The position numbers were made by a program, and so were the translations under genes. A DNA stretch of 64,000 nt from a virus. This document shows positions 28,649 to 39,797 of this stretch, one piece after another (position 1 is the stretch's first letter; the number at the start of each line of letters is the position of its first letter). Under the pieces are notes generated by a model. That model was given only the letters and a program-made list of their open reading frames with translations, was not told where the DNA came from and made no database searches. The stretch lies in IMG/VR virus record IMGVR_UViG_3300032898_000001, positions 31,532 through 95,531 of that record. One strand, 5' to 3'.

Positions 28649-29146
28649 CTACGGCAGCTCTTTCAGCTCGTTCTTCACGTCCCGCTCCAGGCGCCGCAGG
28701 GTCGCCTCTCGATCCACGGGCCGCCGCGCCAGGCGGTGCACCGGTTGGAAGACCGTCACCGCTCCCAGGACGAGCAGGGCCGCGAGTCCCACCGGCGTCA
28801 GCAGAGGCCAGACCAGGCACAGCAGCGCCGAGTACCAGGTCGCCTTGAGCGTGGCCGAGTGATCGCGCTCCTTCTCCTGGTAGGCCGACCAGTCGGGGTG
28901 GTCCTCGACGCGGCCGTAGTCGTACTTGCCCCGGAAGCCAGGCCGCGTCGTGTCGGGCTCGAAGTGGCGCCCGTAGACGCAGTCGCAGTTCGGGGCCACG
29001 TCTCCGCGACAGTCCCGTCGCAGGTGACGGCGGTACTGGTACCGGTACACCCGCGACCAGAGGAGCAGGTACGCCCCGCTGGCCGCGGTCAGGTAGGCGC
29101 TCGGTACCACGAGCGCGAGCACCAGGGTAGGGATCACGGCCGCCAC
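28649..29146 (-). CDS. Membrane protein, paralog of 29435..29980
   Basis: TM-Cys/His loop-TM (WP..T) ..PVHRLA. Confidence 0.7.
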   Translation of the reverse strand: MAAVIPTLVLALVVPSAYLTAASGAYLLLWSRVYRYQYRRHLRRDCRGDVAPNCDCVYGRHFEPDTTRPGFRGKYDYGRVEDHPDWSAYQEKERDHSATLKATWYSALLCLVWPLLTPVGLAALLVLGAVTVFQPVHRLARRPVDREATLRRLERDVKNELKELP

Positions 29147-29457
29147 TCCGTCCGGTAGCCCGGGTGGTCCTCGTACTCACTGGCCAGCTGTCGCAAGGTC
29201 TGCTGGGCCAGGAAGTACGGGTTGAAGTCGTCCCCGGTGTAGCCGTCCAGCCAGGAGGACCACGCCTCCACTATGCGACGGCGACCGAGCAGGGAACGGA
29301 TCTTGCGCCGGGTCGTCGCCTTCCCGTTCCGGCGTGACGCCTGAGTGAGCTGTCGACGAAGCTCGATCAGCTCCTCGTCGTACCGGTTGAGCAGGAACGC
29401 GGCCAGGGCCGGGTACGGGTCGACCGCGACGTTCTCAGTCATCGAGATCAGCTGCAT
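29134..29457 (-). CDS. Hypothetical protein ending LRQLASEYEDHPGYRTEWRP (common actinophage type)
   Basis: C-terminal LA..Y.DHPGY..EW.P motif. Confidence 0.7.
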   Translation of the reverse strand: MQLISMTENVAVDPYPALAAFLLNRYDEELIELRRQLTQASRRNGKATTRRKIRSLLGRRRIVEAWSSWLDGYTGDDFNPYFLAQQTLRQLASEYEDHPGYRTEWRP

Positions 29458-29980
29458 CGACCACGCCTCCCGCCTTCAGCGCGGGAAGCCGCGGCACCAC
29501 GGTCACGACCTTCTCCTGGGAGCGGCTCCGCTCCTCCGCGGCGATCTCCTGGGCGCGGTCCACCCGGACGGTAGCCAGGCGGTGCACCGGGCGCAGCAGG
29601 CCGAGCCAGGTCAGCTTGCCGAGAGCCGTGGCCAGCCAGGCGATCCCGACCGCGGTCAGCGTGACCAGCAGCAGCGTCACGGTCACGGGCCAGATCCCGG
29701 CCAGCCACAGCGAGGACTCGATCGCCTCGTGACGGGCCAGGCCGGGGCGCAGCTCGGGCTTCTCGTTGCCCTTCTTGTGTCGCCACACCCTCGTTTGGCC
29801 GTAGCCGATGTCGACCCAGTCGTTGCACTTGCAGTACCTCGTGCAGCGCATCTCCTCGTGCTTCTTCAGCCGCACCCGGTAGCGGTGCGGCACGAGCAGG
29901 ACGTACGCCGTGGCCCCGGTCAGCACGTACCCGGTGCTCAGGAACGCCCACTCCAGCCCGTCCATCACGTCTCCTTTCAA
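29435..29980 (-). CDS. Membrane protein, paralog of 28649..29146
   Basis: TM-Cys loop-TM (WPVT) ..PVHRLA. Confidence 0.7.
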   Translation of the reverse strand: MKGDVMDGLEWAFLSTGYVLTGATAYVLLVPHRYRVRLKKHEEMRCTRYCKCNDWVDIGYGQTRVWRHKKGNEKPELRPGLARHEAIESSLWLAGIWPVTVTLLLVTLTAVGIAWLATALGKLTWLGLLRPVHRLATVRVDRAQEIAAEERSRSQEKVVTVVPRLPALKAGGVVDAADLDD

Positions 29981-30318
29981 TTGTTACGGTCATACCACGC
30001 GAGGTAGGTCTCGTACAGCCACTCTCTCAGTACGGTGACCAGGAAGATACCGATCATCACGGCGGCCTCCTCATCCCAGAGGTGCTCCGCGACGATCGCG
30101 AGATAGACGCTTCCCGCGATCGCCACGGTGTCGATCATCAGCTCGGTCTCGGCGTCCACGTCAGTCTCCCAGCGAGTAGATGAGAGCGGCCAGGACCAGC
30201 CCGACGATGCCGCCGATGACCTGGCCGATGAGGATGCCCCACTCTCCGAGAAGCAGGGCCCCTCCCACCAGGCCGGCCTCCATGAAGACGATCACGATGA
30301 GCCACGCGGCAACGGCCC

Positions 30319-31242
30319 TCACGACCGCTCCCGCAGCTCGGTCAAGGTGCGGGCCAGGTTCGCGATCTCGACCTGGGTCTCGAGCTTCCCGACCCAGCGC
30401 CACGGCCAGGCGCTGGCGCCCCAGCGGACCCCGAGCAGGCCGCCCGCGATCGCGCCGGTGGTGTCGGCGTCGTGGCCGCGGTTGACGAGCTGGACGAGGG
30501 TGTCCTCGGCGGGCTGGTCCTGCTGCAGGGCCCAGATCGCGCACTTCAGGGAGTCGATCACGTAGCCGTGGGTGTTGAGCTTCGTGATCTTCAGGTCGGG
30601 AGAGACCTGCAGGGCCTCCCGCACCTCGGGGTGCAGGTTCAGCGGGTCGTGCAGGACCCGGTTCAGTGCCGCCTTCACGGTCAGGCCCTCGATCAGCCAG
30701 GCCGCGACCTCGTTGTAGGCGAGGCAGGCGGTGGTGCAGCGCGAGTCGTAGTGGGTGACCGCGCTGATGTCGAGGGACTGGGCCTCCCGGTTCCAGCGGT
30801 CTCGCACCGCCAGGGCGGTGGGCAGGCAGCGCATCAGGGAGCCGTTGCCCGCGGAGCCCGGATCCTTCAGACTGGCGTTGCGGCCGCTCGTGACCGGGTC
30901 CCCGGTCCGCGCGAGCTCGGTCAGGGCCCGCTTCGTGAGGCCGCCCACGTCGTGCGGGTTGCCGGCGGCCCAGCGCAGGAAGTTGTTGGCTACCCGGTCG
31001 AGGGAGTATCCCGCGGCGTAGGCCCGGGCGACGGCCAGGGTCAGGTCGGTGTCGTCGGTCGGCTCCCCGCGCCGCCACTTCAGGATGCCGCCGCCGACGA
31101 TCTCGCGGTGCACGCCGTACCGGGCCTGGATGGAGATGGGATTCAGGAACTCGGTGGTGGCTCCCAGGGCGTCGCCGACGGCGACCCCCAGGAGCCCGCC
31201 GAGAACGCGGTCGTGGGTGGTGAGAGTGGTGATGGTGCGCAC
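30319..31242 (-). CDS. ADP-ribosylglycohydrolase (DraG/ARH family)
   Basis: [41 protein letters not shown]. Confidence 0.95.
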   Translation of the reverse strand: MRTITTLTTHDRVLGGLLGVAVGDALGATTEFLNPISIQARYGVHREIVGGGILKWRRGEPTDDTDLTLAVARAYAAGYSLDRVANNFLRWAAGNPHDVGGLTKRALTELARTGDPVTSGRNASLKDPGSAGNGSLMRCLPTALAVRDRWNREAQSLDISAVTHYDSRCTTACLAYNEVAAWLIEGLTVKAALNRVLHDPLNLHPEVREALQVSPDLKITKLNTHGYVIDSLKCAIWALQQDQPAEDTLVQLVNRGHDADTTGAIAGGLLGVRWGASAWPWRWVGKLETQVEIANLARTLTELRERS

Positions 31243-31704
31243 GGTGCTTCCTTCCTGTTCCGGGTCAGATCGTCTCAACGCCCGTGATGATCACGGAGCT
31301 GTGAGTGAACGTGGGCTGGGCGGGAGCCGGGTTCGCGGCACCGGAGATCAAGGCCAGGGCGAGTCCCGCCGCGACGAGGCCGAGGGCGCTCACGCCGAGG
31401 CCCCACCTCGCGTCGCCGCGGTAGTAGGTGACGGGGCCCGCGACCATCGCGATCGCGCCCACGATCAGGTCGAACCAGAGGGCCTGGCTCATCGGGTCGC
31501 CTCCGCCCACGCGACGTCGAAGGCGTGGTTGGCCAGGCTCTCGGCCTCGGTCTCGCTCCGGCGAGTGACGGCGACGGTGACCTCGATGCCGCTGGGCGTG
31601 GTGGCGGAGACCGTGACCCGGTAGTGGCGGTTGATGATGCCGATCGGCTGGGTCTCGATGCGAGCCTGCATGGTAACTCCCTGGTCCGTTTTGCTGTTAG
31701 GACA

Positions 31705-31735
31705 ATCATAACACAAAAACAGCAACATGTAAACA
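31705..31735 (-). promoter_or_regulatory. Sigma70-type promoter heading the ARH operon, TGTTTACA family
   Basis: TGTTTACA-N17-TATGAT. Confidence 0.7.
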
Positions 31736-31765
31736 GCCAGCGGGACCTCGAGGTAGGATCCTCTC

Positions 31766-32707
31766 ATGGGATTCCTGCTCGACGCCTCCCACTACCAGGG
31801 GACCATCAACTGGCCCCGGGTGAGGGCGGACAACTGCCTCGGAGCCTATATCAAGGTCTCCGACGGTAGCACGGGCGTGGACCCCACCTGGCAGACCAAC
31901 CACGCCGGGGCGCGAGGCGTCGGCCTGCCGGTCGGCCCCTACCACTTCGCCGAGGGCGGCAACTCCGGCACCGAGGCGGCTCACTTCAGCGGCGCCTGGC
32001 CGGCCGGCTGGGACCTCGACCCCGTTCTCGACTACGAGATCGCCGGGGCCAACGCCGGCTGGCTGAGCTCGTTTCGCCTCAACTTCCGCACGATCACGGG
32101 CTTCCAGCCCTTCCGGGTCTACAGCGGCCTGTCCCTGCTCGAGGGGGCCCTCAACCCGGCCAACTGGATCGACGCCGAGACCACGATCTGGGCGGCGCGG
32201 TACGCCGCCTCGCTCGGGTGGAACCACCCGGCGCTCGTGCTCTGGCAGAACACCAGCACCGCCACGCTCCCGGGAGTCCTCGGGGACGTCGACGAGGACC
32301 AGTTCATGAACGGCTGGACCCCAGCCACCGACCAGGGAGGCTCCGTGGCCCTCACTCAGACCGACGCTCAGCTTGTCGTCGACACCTTGCTGAACACGCT
32401 CCTGGACCAGTGGTTCACTCCCGCCCCGACCCCATCGGTTCACGTCGCCGACGCCCTCGCGGCGCAGTACGCGGCCCTGAACATCTCCACCAACGACCCG
32501 ACCCTGTTCGACCGGTTCACCTCGGTCGACTCGCAGCTCGCGGCCGTCAACGGCGCGATCACCGCCGAACAGGGAGCGGTCCTGGCCGCCGTCGCTGGGA
32601 TCCAGGCCGGGGCCGCGCCGACCGACGCGCAGATGGCGACCCTGACCGCGGCTCTCGAGGCGGCGCTGCCGTCGTACACGGTCAGCATCGCCCCGAAGAC
32701 CTCTTGA
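31766..32707 (+). CDS. Endolysin, GH25 muramidase
   Basis: LDASHYQG.INW, AYIKVSDG, GPYHF, PVLDYE, WAARY, LWQ, GDVD. Confidence 0.9.
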   Translation: MGFLLDASHYQGTINWPRVRADNCLGAYIKVSDGSTGVDPTWQTNHAGARGVGLPVGPYHFAEGGNSGTEAAHFSGAWPAGWDLDPVLDYEIAGANAGWLSSFRLNFRTITGFQPFRVYSGLSLLEGALNPANWIDAETTIWAARYAASLGWNHPALVLWQNTSTATLPGVLGDVDEDQFMNGWTPATDQGGSVALTQTDAQLVVDTLLNTLLDQWFTPAPTPSVHVADALAAQYAALNISTNDPTLFDRFTSVDSQLAAVNGAITAEQGAVLAAVAGIQAGAAPTDAQMATLTAALEAALPSYTVSIAPKTS

Positions 32708-33195
32708 TCACTCGTCACCAGGTCTCGACGACGAGCTGGCCGTCCTCGTAGACCCGGCACGGCCACGGGTAGAGCCGCGAGTCGTGGGCGCCGAAGATCG
32801 CCTCAACCGGGTCGTCCGTTTCGAGGACGTCGTCCCACTCCTCCGTTTCCAGGTTCGCCATCTCAACGACGTATCTCATCAGCTCTCCCACTCGACGTCG
32901 TGGCTGTCGACGCTCTCCTTGGCCGCGATCAGGCGGGCCTCATCGACGTCCTGAAGGACGGGATCGGTGAAGGCCCCGTGCTCCCTCAGGAGGTCCACGA
33001 GCTGCCGCGCGGCGGCCGCGGTCAGGTCGTCGGTGACGAAGTGCTTGGCCGGGTTGTCCCGCTCAAAGATCTTCCAGGTTCCCATGTCGATCCCTCCTTT
33101 CTCTTGATATTATCATACCAGTTTACATAGATCTTTGACAGCGAATGACTCAAGATTTTTAGTCAAAACCCCCGATCAGGTGGTATGATCTCACC

Positions 33196-33855
33196 ATGAC
33201 TGCTGACGATGAGACCCCGGTGCCGGGGGTCAAGGTGGCCGTGTACCCCCGGGACCTCGCCCAGGTCCGCTGGTGCGTGGTCGACTACGAGCCTCACCTG
33301 GTCGCGGTCGACGTGGCCGCGGCTCTCGGCCTCAGCGGGGCGTGGACGACCCACGCCGAGAACCTGGTCAACGTCCACCTCGGCAACCAGACGGTGTCGA
33401 CCCTGAACCTGACGGGCCTGCGAGGTTTCGTGACCCAGCTGGCCCCGAGCCCCGACCGGGACCGCTTCCTGGCCTGGGCCGAGACCACGTTCGGGCCCAA
33501 GAAGAGGCGCGAGCCCAAGGGACCCGACGCCAGTCGCTGGGGCTGGCAACCGCTGCGGACCTGGGTCAAGAAGGCCAACCTGTCCGGCCGGGAGTTCGTG
33601 GAGAAGGCCAACGCCCTCGACCTGCCCGGCGTCGACACGTTCACGGCCGGGAACTACGCCGCCTGGTCCTACGGGGGCTGCCTGCCTCAGGAGTCCCTGG
33701 TCAAGCGGGCCGAGATGCTGCTGTCCATGGACCGCAAGGACCTCTTCACCGCCGAGGTCCTCGAGAACATGCCACACCGCGGTCGTGGCAGGCGGCACCC
33801 GAAGCGGGAGGTGACCGGTGGTGAGGACGTACCTGCAGAGCCTCAGGGAGACTGA
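33196..33855 (+). CDS. BRO-N-like / HTH-like DNA-binding protein
   Basis: VVDYEPHLVAVDVAAALGL..DRFLAW; C-term Xre-like segment. Confidence 0.55.
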   Translation: MTADDETPVPGVKVAVYPRDLAQVRWCVVDYEPHLVAVDVAAALGLSGAWTTHAENLVNVHLGNQTVSTLNLTGLRGFVTQLAPSPDRDRFLAWAETTFGPKKRREPKGPDASRWGWQPLRTWVKKANLSGREFVEKANALDLPGVDTFTAGNYAAWSYGGCLPQESLVKRAEMLLSMDRKDLFTAEVLENMPHRGRGRRHPKREVTGGEDVPAEPQGD

Positions 33856-36157
33856 GCAGCAGTACCTGGCGGCCCTGGCCAGCCCGCACCTGAACCCTCA
33901 CGCGCGAGCCGAGATCGAGACCGGTCTCACGGCTCTTCGAGACACGATCGAGCGAGAGACGCACGCCCTGAAGGTCGCGGCCAAGGCGGCCGCGGACGAC
34001 GTGATCGCCGCCGGTGAGCGCGCCGAGATTTTCGTTGAGGAACACGAACCGAAAGAGGAACCGAGTGAGTGAGCTGGAGCTTCCCGGGATCGCGACCGAG
34101 GACGTCGAGGACCTCACGGTCCCCGAGAACGGGGCGGTGGTCCTGATCGCCTCGCACCTGAACGGCGAGCACATCGAGTTTCATCGGTCCTTCCCGACCC
34201 TGACCGAAGCCTCGGCGGGACTGTTGGAGATGGCGGCAGCCCTGGGTACTCTGGCCAAGGCCGACGAGATCGAGGATGACGACCGCGAGGACGAGGGCTT
34301 CTTCGACGTGGGAGACGGGGACGCGTGACCGAGAACGTGGACTGGATCAGCAACACGCCGCACAACAAGCTCATCGCGGCCGCGGTCGCCATGCACGAGA
34401 TGTTCTCGAGCCTGACCGCGGCCGGCTTCACCGAGCAGCAGGCCCTGTACCTCACCGCGCAGATGGTGACCCACCGGCCCAAGGGAGGGGAGACGTGACC
34501 GACATCCTCGACCAAATCGACGCCGCGATCGGGTGCCAGCAGTGCGGTCGTTCCCTGGCCGCGTCCGTGTCCGACGACTTCTGCTCCGAGGACTGCCAGT
34601 ACGCCTGGTACCAGAGCCGGGTGGCGGTCTCTCAGGAGTTCAGCCCGATCGAGTACCGTGATCCCGACCTAGAACGAGCGCGCGCCGCGAACCGGCGACA
34701 CCTGAGTGACCGCGCTGACTCACTCCTGTACGCCTGGGGCGGCATAAACGAGCTGCGTCAGCGGATGGGACTGTCTCCCCTGTATGAGAACCAGTTGCTC
34801 GAATCGAGATACCACACCGAGGTACCGGAGGTGACGCAGCTTGATGGCTACCGGATGGCACGGTGCACTCGATGCGGTCAACGTCAGTACCGGGTCGACG
34901 TCGATTCCGACCCGGTGTCGTCGATGCACCACTGCATCGATGAAAACTGGCGACCGCGAACGATCGTGTGGTTGGGATGGTGACCGTCTGTCGGGTCAAG
35001 GCCCCGTCCAAGTCCCTGCTGATCGGGGACTGCGAGGAGTGCGGTCACCCCTTGGCCTTGCACTCCTTCCCCGGGGAGAAGCGCATGAGAGGGTGCCTGA
35101 GCTGTCGGATCGAGGCCGCGATCGAGGCACACCGCCGGGTCCTGATCGCGGACTGGCGGTGCCGCTGTGGTAGGAAGGTGCTCGAGGACGGAGAGGGCTG
35201 CCTGTGGCACGCCTCGGTCCGCGAGAAGTGCCTGGACGGGACGATCACGAGAGAAGAGGACGCCCGGTGAGCGACGTGTACGTCTACCTGGCCGAGGGGC
35301 TGAACCTGACAGCGAGTCAGACTCAGAAGGAGGTCGCCAACGGTGTCATCCTGGACTACGACGCGGCCGGTCGCCTTCTTGGCGTGGAGGTCATCGGCGC
35401 CGCGCGGGTCACGATCGACGGGAAGTTCACCGATGAGTGACGTTAGTGCCGTCGACGACGCGACCAAGCTGCGCCAGGTCGCGCAGCTGCTCGACGCCCT
35501 GGACGCGCGCCGCGGCGGGGACCAGTCCGACGAGATGCAGGTGGACCTGCGCCGCATCGCCCTGAACATCGAGTTAGGAAGGTACCCCACCACGTGAAGA
35601 CCGGCGAGTTCTACGAGGAAGACGAGCCCATCGAGGACCTGATGAGGGCCTTCGAGGAGGGGATCCCGGCCCTGTCCGGCCAGGTCCAGCTCGTCCTGGA
35701 GGGGATCGCGTACCACCACGACGGTGACTACGCTATGATCGGGGCCACGACCTGGGAGATCCCGGAGCGGGTCTACGTCTCGGGGGACCGCTTCCGCAAC
35801 GGGACACCGCTCGGGATCGCGACCGTGAAGCGCCTCAACAACGGGAACCTACACACCCGGGTGGAGGTCGTGGACCCGCGGCAGCTCGTTGGTCGGCCAT
35901 TCCTGGCCGTCTCGGTACGGCTCCCTCACCTGACCGCGGACAAACCGGAGGACCCGATGAGCGACGGGGTCCTCGAGGAGATCATCGCGTTTGACACCGA
36001 GACCACGGGCTACGTGACCCGGTATCGCATCCTGGACCCCACCGTGATCGTGGACTGCCCCGACCTGTTCCGGGACTACAATCGGGTGTGGAACCGGGAG
36101 CTCGGTCGTCACGAGTGGCGCCACAACCAGGAGACGGTCGTCGCCGGTTGCGTGTGA
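33818..36157 (+). other. Operon of small hypothetical genes (33818-34072, 34065-34328, 34325-34498, 34495-34983, 34977-35270, 35433-35597, 35594-36157)
   Basis: Coupled ORFs with RBS; no family recognised. Confidence 0.6.
35267..35440 (+). CDS. DUF2283-like small protein
   Basis: DVYVYL..VANGVILDYDAAGRLLGVEVIGA. Confidence 0.7.
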   Translation: MSDVYVYLAEGLNLTASQTQKEVANGVILDYDAAGRLLGVEVIGAARVTIDGKFTDE

Positions 36158-36204
36158 TAGGCTGGTCGCCGAGTGTAGATCACACCTCGACCGAGAGGGC
36201 CGCG

Positions 36205-36525
36205 ATGGAAGAGCTCGGCATCGAGCGGCGGCTCGAGATGCTCGAAAACCTCATCAACCTCCGCTTCTACCAGTTGAAGGAGATCGCCGTGGCGACTCAG
36301 GGCGACATCGACGCCATCACCCAGGCCCTCACCGACCTGCAGGCCGAGCTGGCCAACGACGTCACCAACATCCAGAACGAGATCAACACCCTGGAGAGCG
36401 ACGGCGTCAACGTCACCGCGCTGCAGGCCGCGGTCTCGAACCTCACCAACACGGTCAACACCGTGAACACGATCGCCCCGGCTCCCGGAGGCGGCTCGTC
36501 CTCCAGCTCGTCCGCTTCCGTCTGA
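36205..36525 (+). CDS. Coiled-coil protein
   Basis: Heptad-like DIDAITQALTDLQAELANDVTNIQNEINTL. Confidence 0.6.
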   Translation: MEELGIERRLEMLENLINLRFYQLKEIAVATQGDIDAITQALTDLQAELANDVTNIQNEINTLESDGVNVTALQAAVSNLTNTVNTVNTIAPAPGGGSSSSSSASV

Positions 36526-37206
36526 GACGGGACCACCGCGGGCCCCGGTCTCCTCAGAACCGGGGCTCGTGACGTGCCTGCCACTCGGCGTGCGCGGTCC
36601 GGACCAGGGGCGGCAGGTCAACGACGGCCCAGCGGCAGAGCCGACCGAACCCGATGAGAGCCCAGGCCAGCGCCCAGAGCTCGAGGATGGCCAGGCCCAC
36701 ACTGGCCTTCAGGACCCAGAAGAACAGGCCGAAGATCCCGGTGATCAGGCCGCCGCGGTGACGGACCGGGTGAAACCAGTAGCCGATCCGTAGCGGGCCG
36801 AACCCCGTGCCGATCCCGATGCTGAGTCCCATGTCAGTCGTCCAGCTGGCGGTCGAGAGCGGTGAGGTACGCCTTCGAGACGGTGACGACGTCCCAGCGG
36901 ACGCTGTTCCCGTCGACGCAGCAGTGGCTCGCCGGGCTGAAGTCCGGGTCACCGCCCGGACGAACGTAGCTTGCCTGAGTGAAGTCGCAGCCTCGGGTCG
37001 GGCAAGAGCGGACGTGAAGGTCCTGGCTGCCACCGAGGTAGCGGGCCTTGACGAACGAGATCGGGTCGGCGTAGGTGATCATCTCTGGCTCCTGTTCCGG
37101 TTCCGTGCTGTTATGTCTATTCTACATAATTCTCTGACGAGATGCCATAGCCGACCGGTCATTTTACGTGATACGATGATCTCAGCTTCGGCGCTCGAGG
37201 AGGCGT

Positions 37207-39795
37207 GTGGCCCTTCCCTCACTCACCCTGACCGGGACCATCACGGACGCCAGCGGCACGCCGCTGCGCGGCACCCTGACCTTTCAGCCGAACGCTCAGC
37301 TCTCGTACACGGGCAGCCCCGAGACCGACGTCCCGCAGGAACCCGTTCCCGTCACCCTCAGCAACACCGGCACGTTCACCGTCGCCCTGCTACCGTGTGA
37401 CGCCGCCAACGTCTCGCCGGCCGGTTGGTCCTACGTCGTCAACCAGACCACGGGCTACCCCAACGGCAGCCGCGTCTCGGTCCCGGCCTACCAGGTCCAG
37501 CCCACCGGCACCGGCACGATCCAGTTCTCGAGCCTGACCAAGAACCCGCTTCCGGTCCCGTCCAGCCAGACGTACGTGCCGCTCAACGGCGGCACGATGA
37601 CCGGCCCCCTGGTTCTCAGCGGCGACCCGACGACCGCGCTGGGCGCCGTTACCAAGGAATATGTGGACGACCACGTCCCGACCGGGATCGTCACTTCCGT
37701 CAACGAGATCACCCCGGTCCTCGGTAACGTCACGCTCACCGCGTCGACCGTCGGGGCTCTCAGTATAACCGGCAACCAGGATCTCATAGGTCAATACCTC
37801 GTCGTTGGTCCTACCAGCACGACGTTTACGCCTCACGACTCTCACTCCGCTTACTACGTCCTCAACAAGAACAACACGTCCAGTGACGCCAGCTGGATCG
37901 CGCAGGACCAGGGAGCCGTTCGTCTCGAGCACGGTCTCGTTGGTGACAACAACTATCACGTCAAGCTCGTCACCGGCACGGCCGGCAACGAGCAGTATCA
38001 CGACGCGTTCGTTGTCTTCACGTCCAGCCTCAGCGCCAAGTTCTTCGGTTCCGTCGGCGTTGGTACCGTTCCCGTAGCGCCCCTGCACGTCGCTGGCTCG
38101 AGTACCACGGCTCGAGTCACCGCGAAGCTCGAGAACACCAACCTCGCGGGAGGCGGCACCGCCGTCGGCGTTCAGTTCAACCTGGTCGGCAACAGCGTCA
38201 ACTTCGCGTTTGGCACGGACGTCGGTCTCAACGGCGGCAACAACCTCTTCTTCGTCAACGCCAACGCCGCGTACATGACCGGTTTTCTGGTCAACGCGGC
38301 CGGTCAGCTGGGAATCCTTACCGACTCCCCGCAAAGCGCGCTCGACGTCAACGGCGCGGCCACGGTTCGCGGGGACAACGGCCTGACCGCGTCTCGGTTT
38401 CGTGGCCGTGAGACGGTTTCGGGGCCCCCAACCAGCGGCACCTGGGTCACCAACGACCTCGTGCTCGACAGCCAACAAAGTCTCTGGCTGTGCACCAACG
38501 GCGGCACCCCGGGAACCTGGGTCTCGGGAGCGTCTCAGCGTCGCATCCAGGCCCCGACCCCGGTGCTCAACCGCGGCCGCGCCACGGTCATCACCACCTA
38601 CGCGGCCGGCCACGGCTGGACCGCCAACGGGTTCGCCAGCAGCAACGTCAACGACACTTCCGGCGGTCGCCTGTCCGGCCAGATGCTCACCGGCACCACC
38701 ACCGGCAACATCGGCGCGTTCCCTACCTTCACCAAGACCGGCGCCTCGGCCGTCAACCTCACCGGCAACTGCCTTCGCGTCTGGATCATGGTCGACGTCC
38801 CGACCAATGTGGACGCGATCACGTTGCGCGTGGCCGGCACCGGTGGCATCGCGGGCAATAACTACCTGTCCTGGACCGCCCTGGCCGCCTCCGGGGGCAC
38901 GTACCGCACTAACGGTGTGATGATCCCGCCCAACACGTGGACCGAGCTCTCGTTCTCGCTCGGCAGCGCGTTCACGGTCGGCAGCCCGGCCACCACGGCG
39001 ATCACCGAGTACCGGTGGATCTGCCAGGACCTCGGCACGGCGTTCACCGCTCACTTCGGTGGCATCGAGATGTTCCCGGCCACGACCAGCCGGTTCCCCA
39101 ACGGCGTCGTGTGCATCGGCTTCGACGACTGCTACGCCGGCCAGTACAACCTGGCCATGAACCTCATGTCGAGCTTCGGCTACCCGGCCACGATCTTCCC
39201 GATCATCGACCAGATCGGCGCCGGCGGCAGCTTTACCCTGACCCAGCTCCAGCAGATGGTCAATATCGGGTGGGAGGTCGCGCCTCACGCGTCCACCCTG
39301 GCCAACCACACGAGCTGGAACACCCTCACCCAGGCTCAGATCGCGGCCGACGTCAACGCCTCCCAGCAATGGATCGCTAGCCAAGGGTTCGGTCTCAGCG
39401 GGGCGTTCGCCTACCCGCTCGGCGGGTTCAACGGCGGCATCTCGGCCACGGTCGCACCCCTGTGCTCGATCGCGCGCACCATCGACTCCACCATGTACAC
39501 CGAATCCTCCCCGGTGGGCAACGTCCTGCAGGTGAGGTCGGCCGCTGGCGTGGGAGGTACCGGTGGCATCGGCATCTCGACATACACGACCGCCGGCACC
39601 GGCGTGTTCGCCCTGGCCAAGGCCGCCGGCGCGCTCGTGTTCATCACGATCCACGACGTCTCGTCAGGAACGTCCGGGAACATCAACCAGATCAGCATCG
39701 CGGACCTGACGACCCTCGTCACGGCGATCAACACCCAGGGCCTGGCCTGTACCACGTTCGGTGAGGTGCTCAAGTACGCCGCGCTCGGGACGTGA
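37207..39795 (+). CDS. Fibre-like virion protein with a C-terminal polysaccharide deacetylase (NodB/CE4) domain
   Basis: Thr/Gly-rich; YVPLNGGTMTGPL..AVTKEYVD and VGVGT..P.APLHV fibre motifs; C-term IGFDD, GWEVAPH..H, FAYPLG, IH. Confidence 0.8.
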   Translation: MALPSLTLTGTITDASGTPLRGTLTFQPNAQLSYTGSPETDVPQEPVPVTLSNTGTFTVALLPCDAANVSPAGWSYVVNQTTGYPNGSRVSVPAYQVQPTGTGTIQFSSLTKNPLPVPSSQTYVPLNGGTMTGPLVLSGDPTTALGAVTKEYVDDHVPTGIVTSVNEITPVLGNVTLTASTVGALSITGNQDLIGQYLVVGPTSTTFTPHDSHSAYYVLNKNNTSSDASWIAQDQGAVRLEHGLVGDNNYHVKLVTGTAGNEQYHDAFVVFTSSLSAKFFGSVGVGTVPVAPLHVAGSSTTARVTAKLENTNLAGGGTAVGVQFNLVGNSVNFAFGTDVGLNGGNNLFFVNANAAYMTGFLVNAAGQLGILTDSPQSALDVNGAATVRGDNGLTASRFRGRETVSGPPTSGTWVTNDLVLDSQQSLWLCTNGGTPGTWVSGASQRRIQAPTPVLNRGRATVITTYAAGHGWTANGFASSNVNDTSGGRLSGQMLTGTTTGNIGAFPTFTKTGASAVNLTGNCLRVWIMVDVPTNVDAITLRVAGTGGIAGNNYLSWTALAASGGTYRTNGVMIPPNTWTELSFSLGSAFTVGSPATTAITEYRWICQDLGTAFTAHFGGIEMFPATTSRFPNGVVCIGFDDCYAGQYNLAMNLMSSFGYPATIFPIIDQIGAGGSFTLTQLQQMVNIGWEVAPHASTLANHTSWNTLTQAQIAADVNASQQWIASQGFGLSGAFAYPLGGFNGGISATVAPLCSIARTIDSTMYTESSPVGNVLQVRSAAGVGGTGGIGISTYTTAGTGVFALAKAAGALVFITIHDVSSGTSGNINQISIADLTTLVTAINTQGLACTTFGEVLKYAALGT

Positions 39796-39797
39796 GC

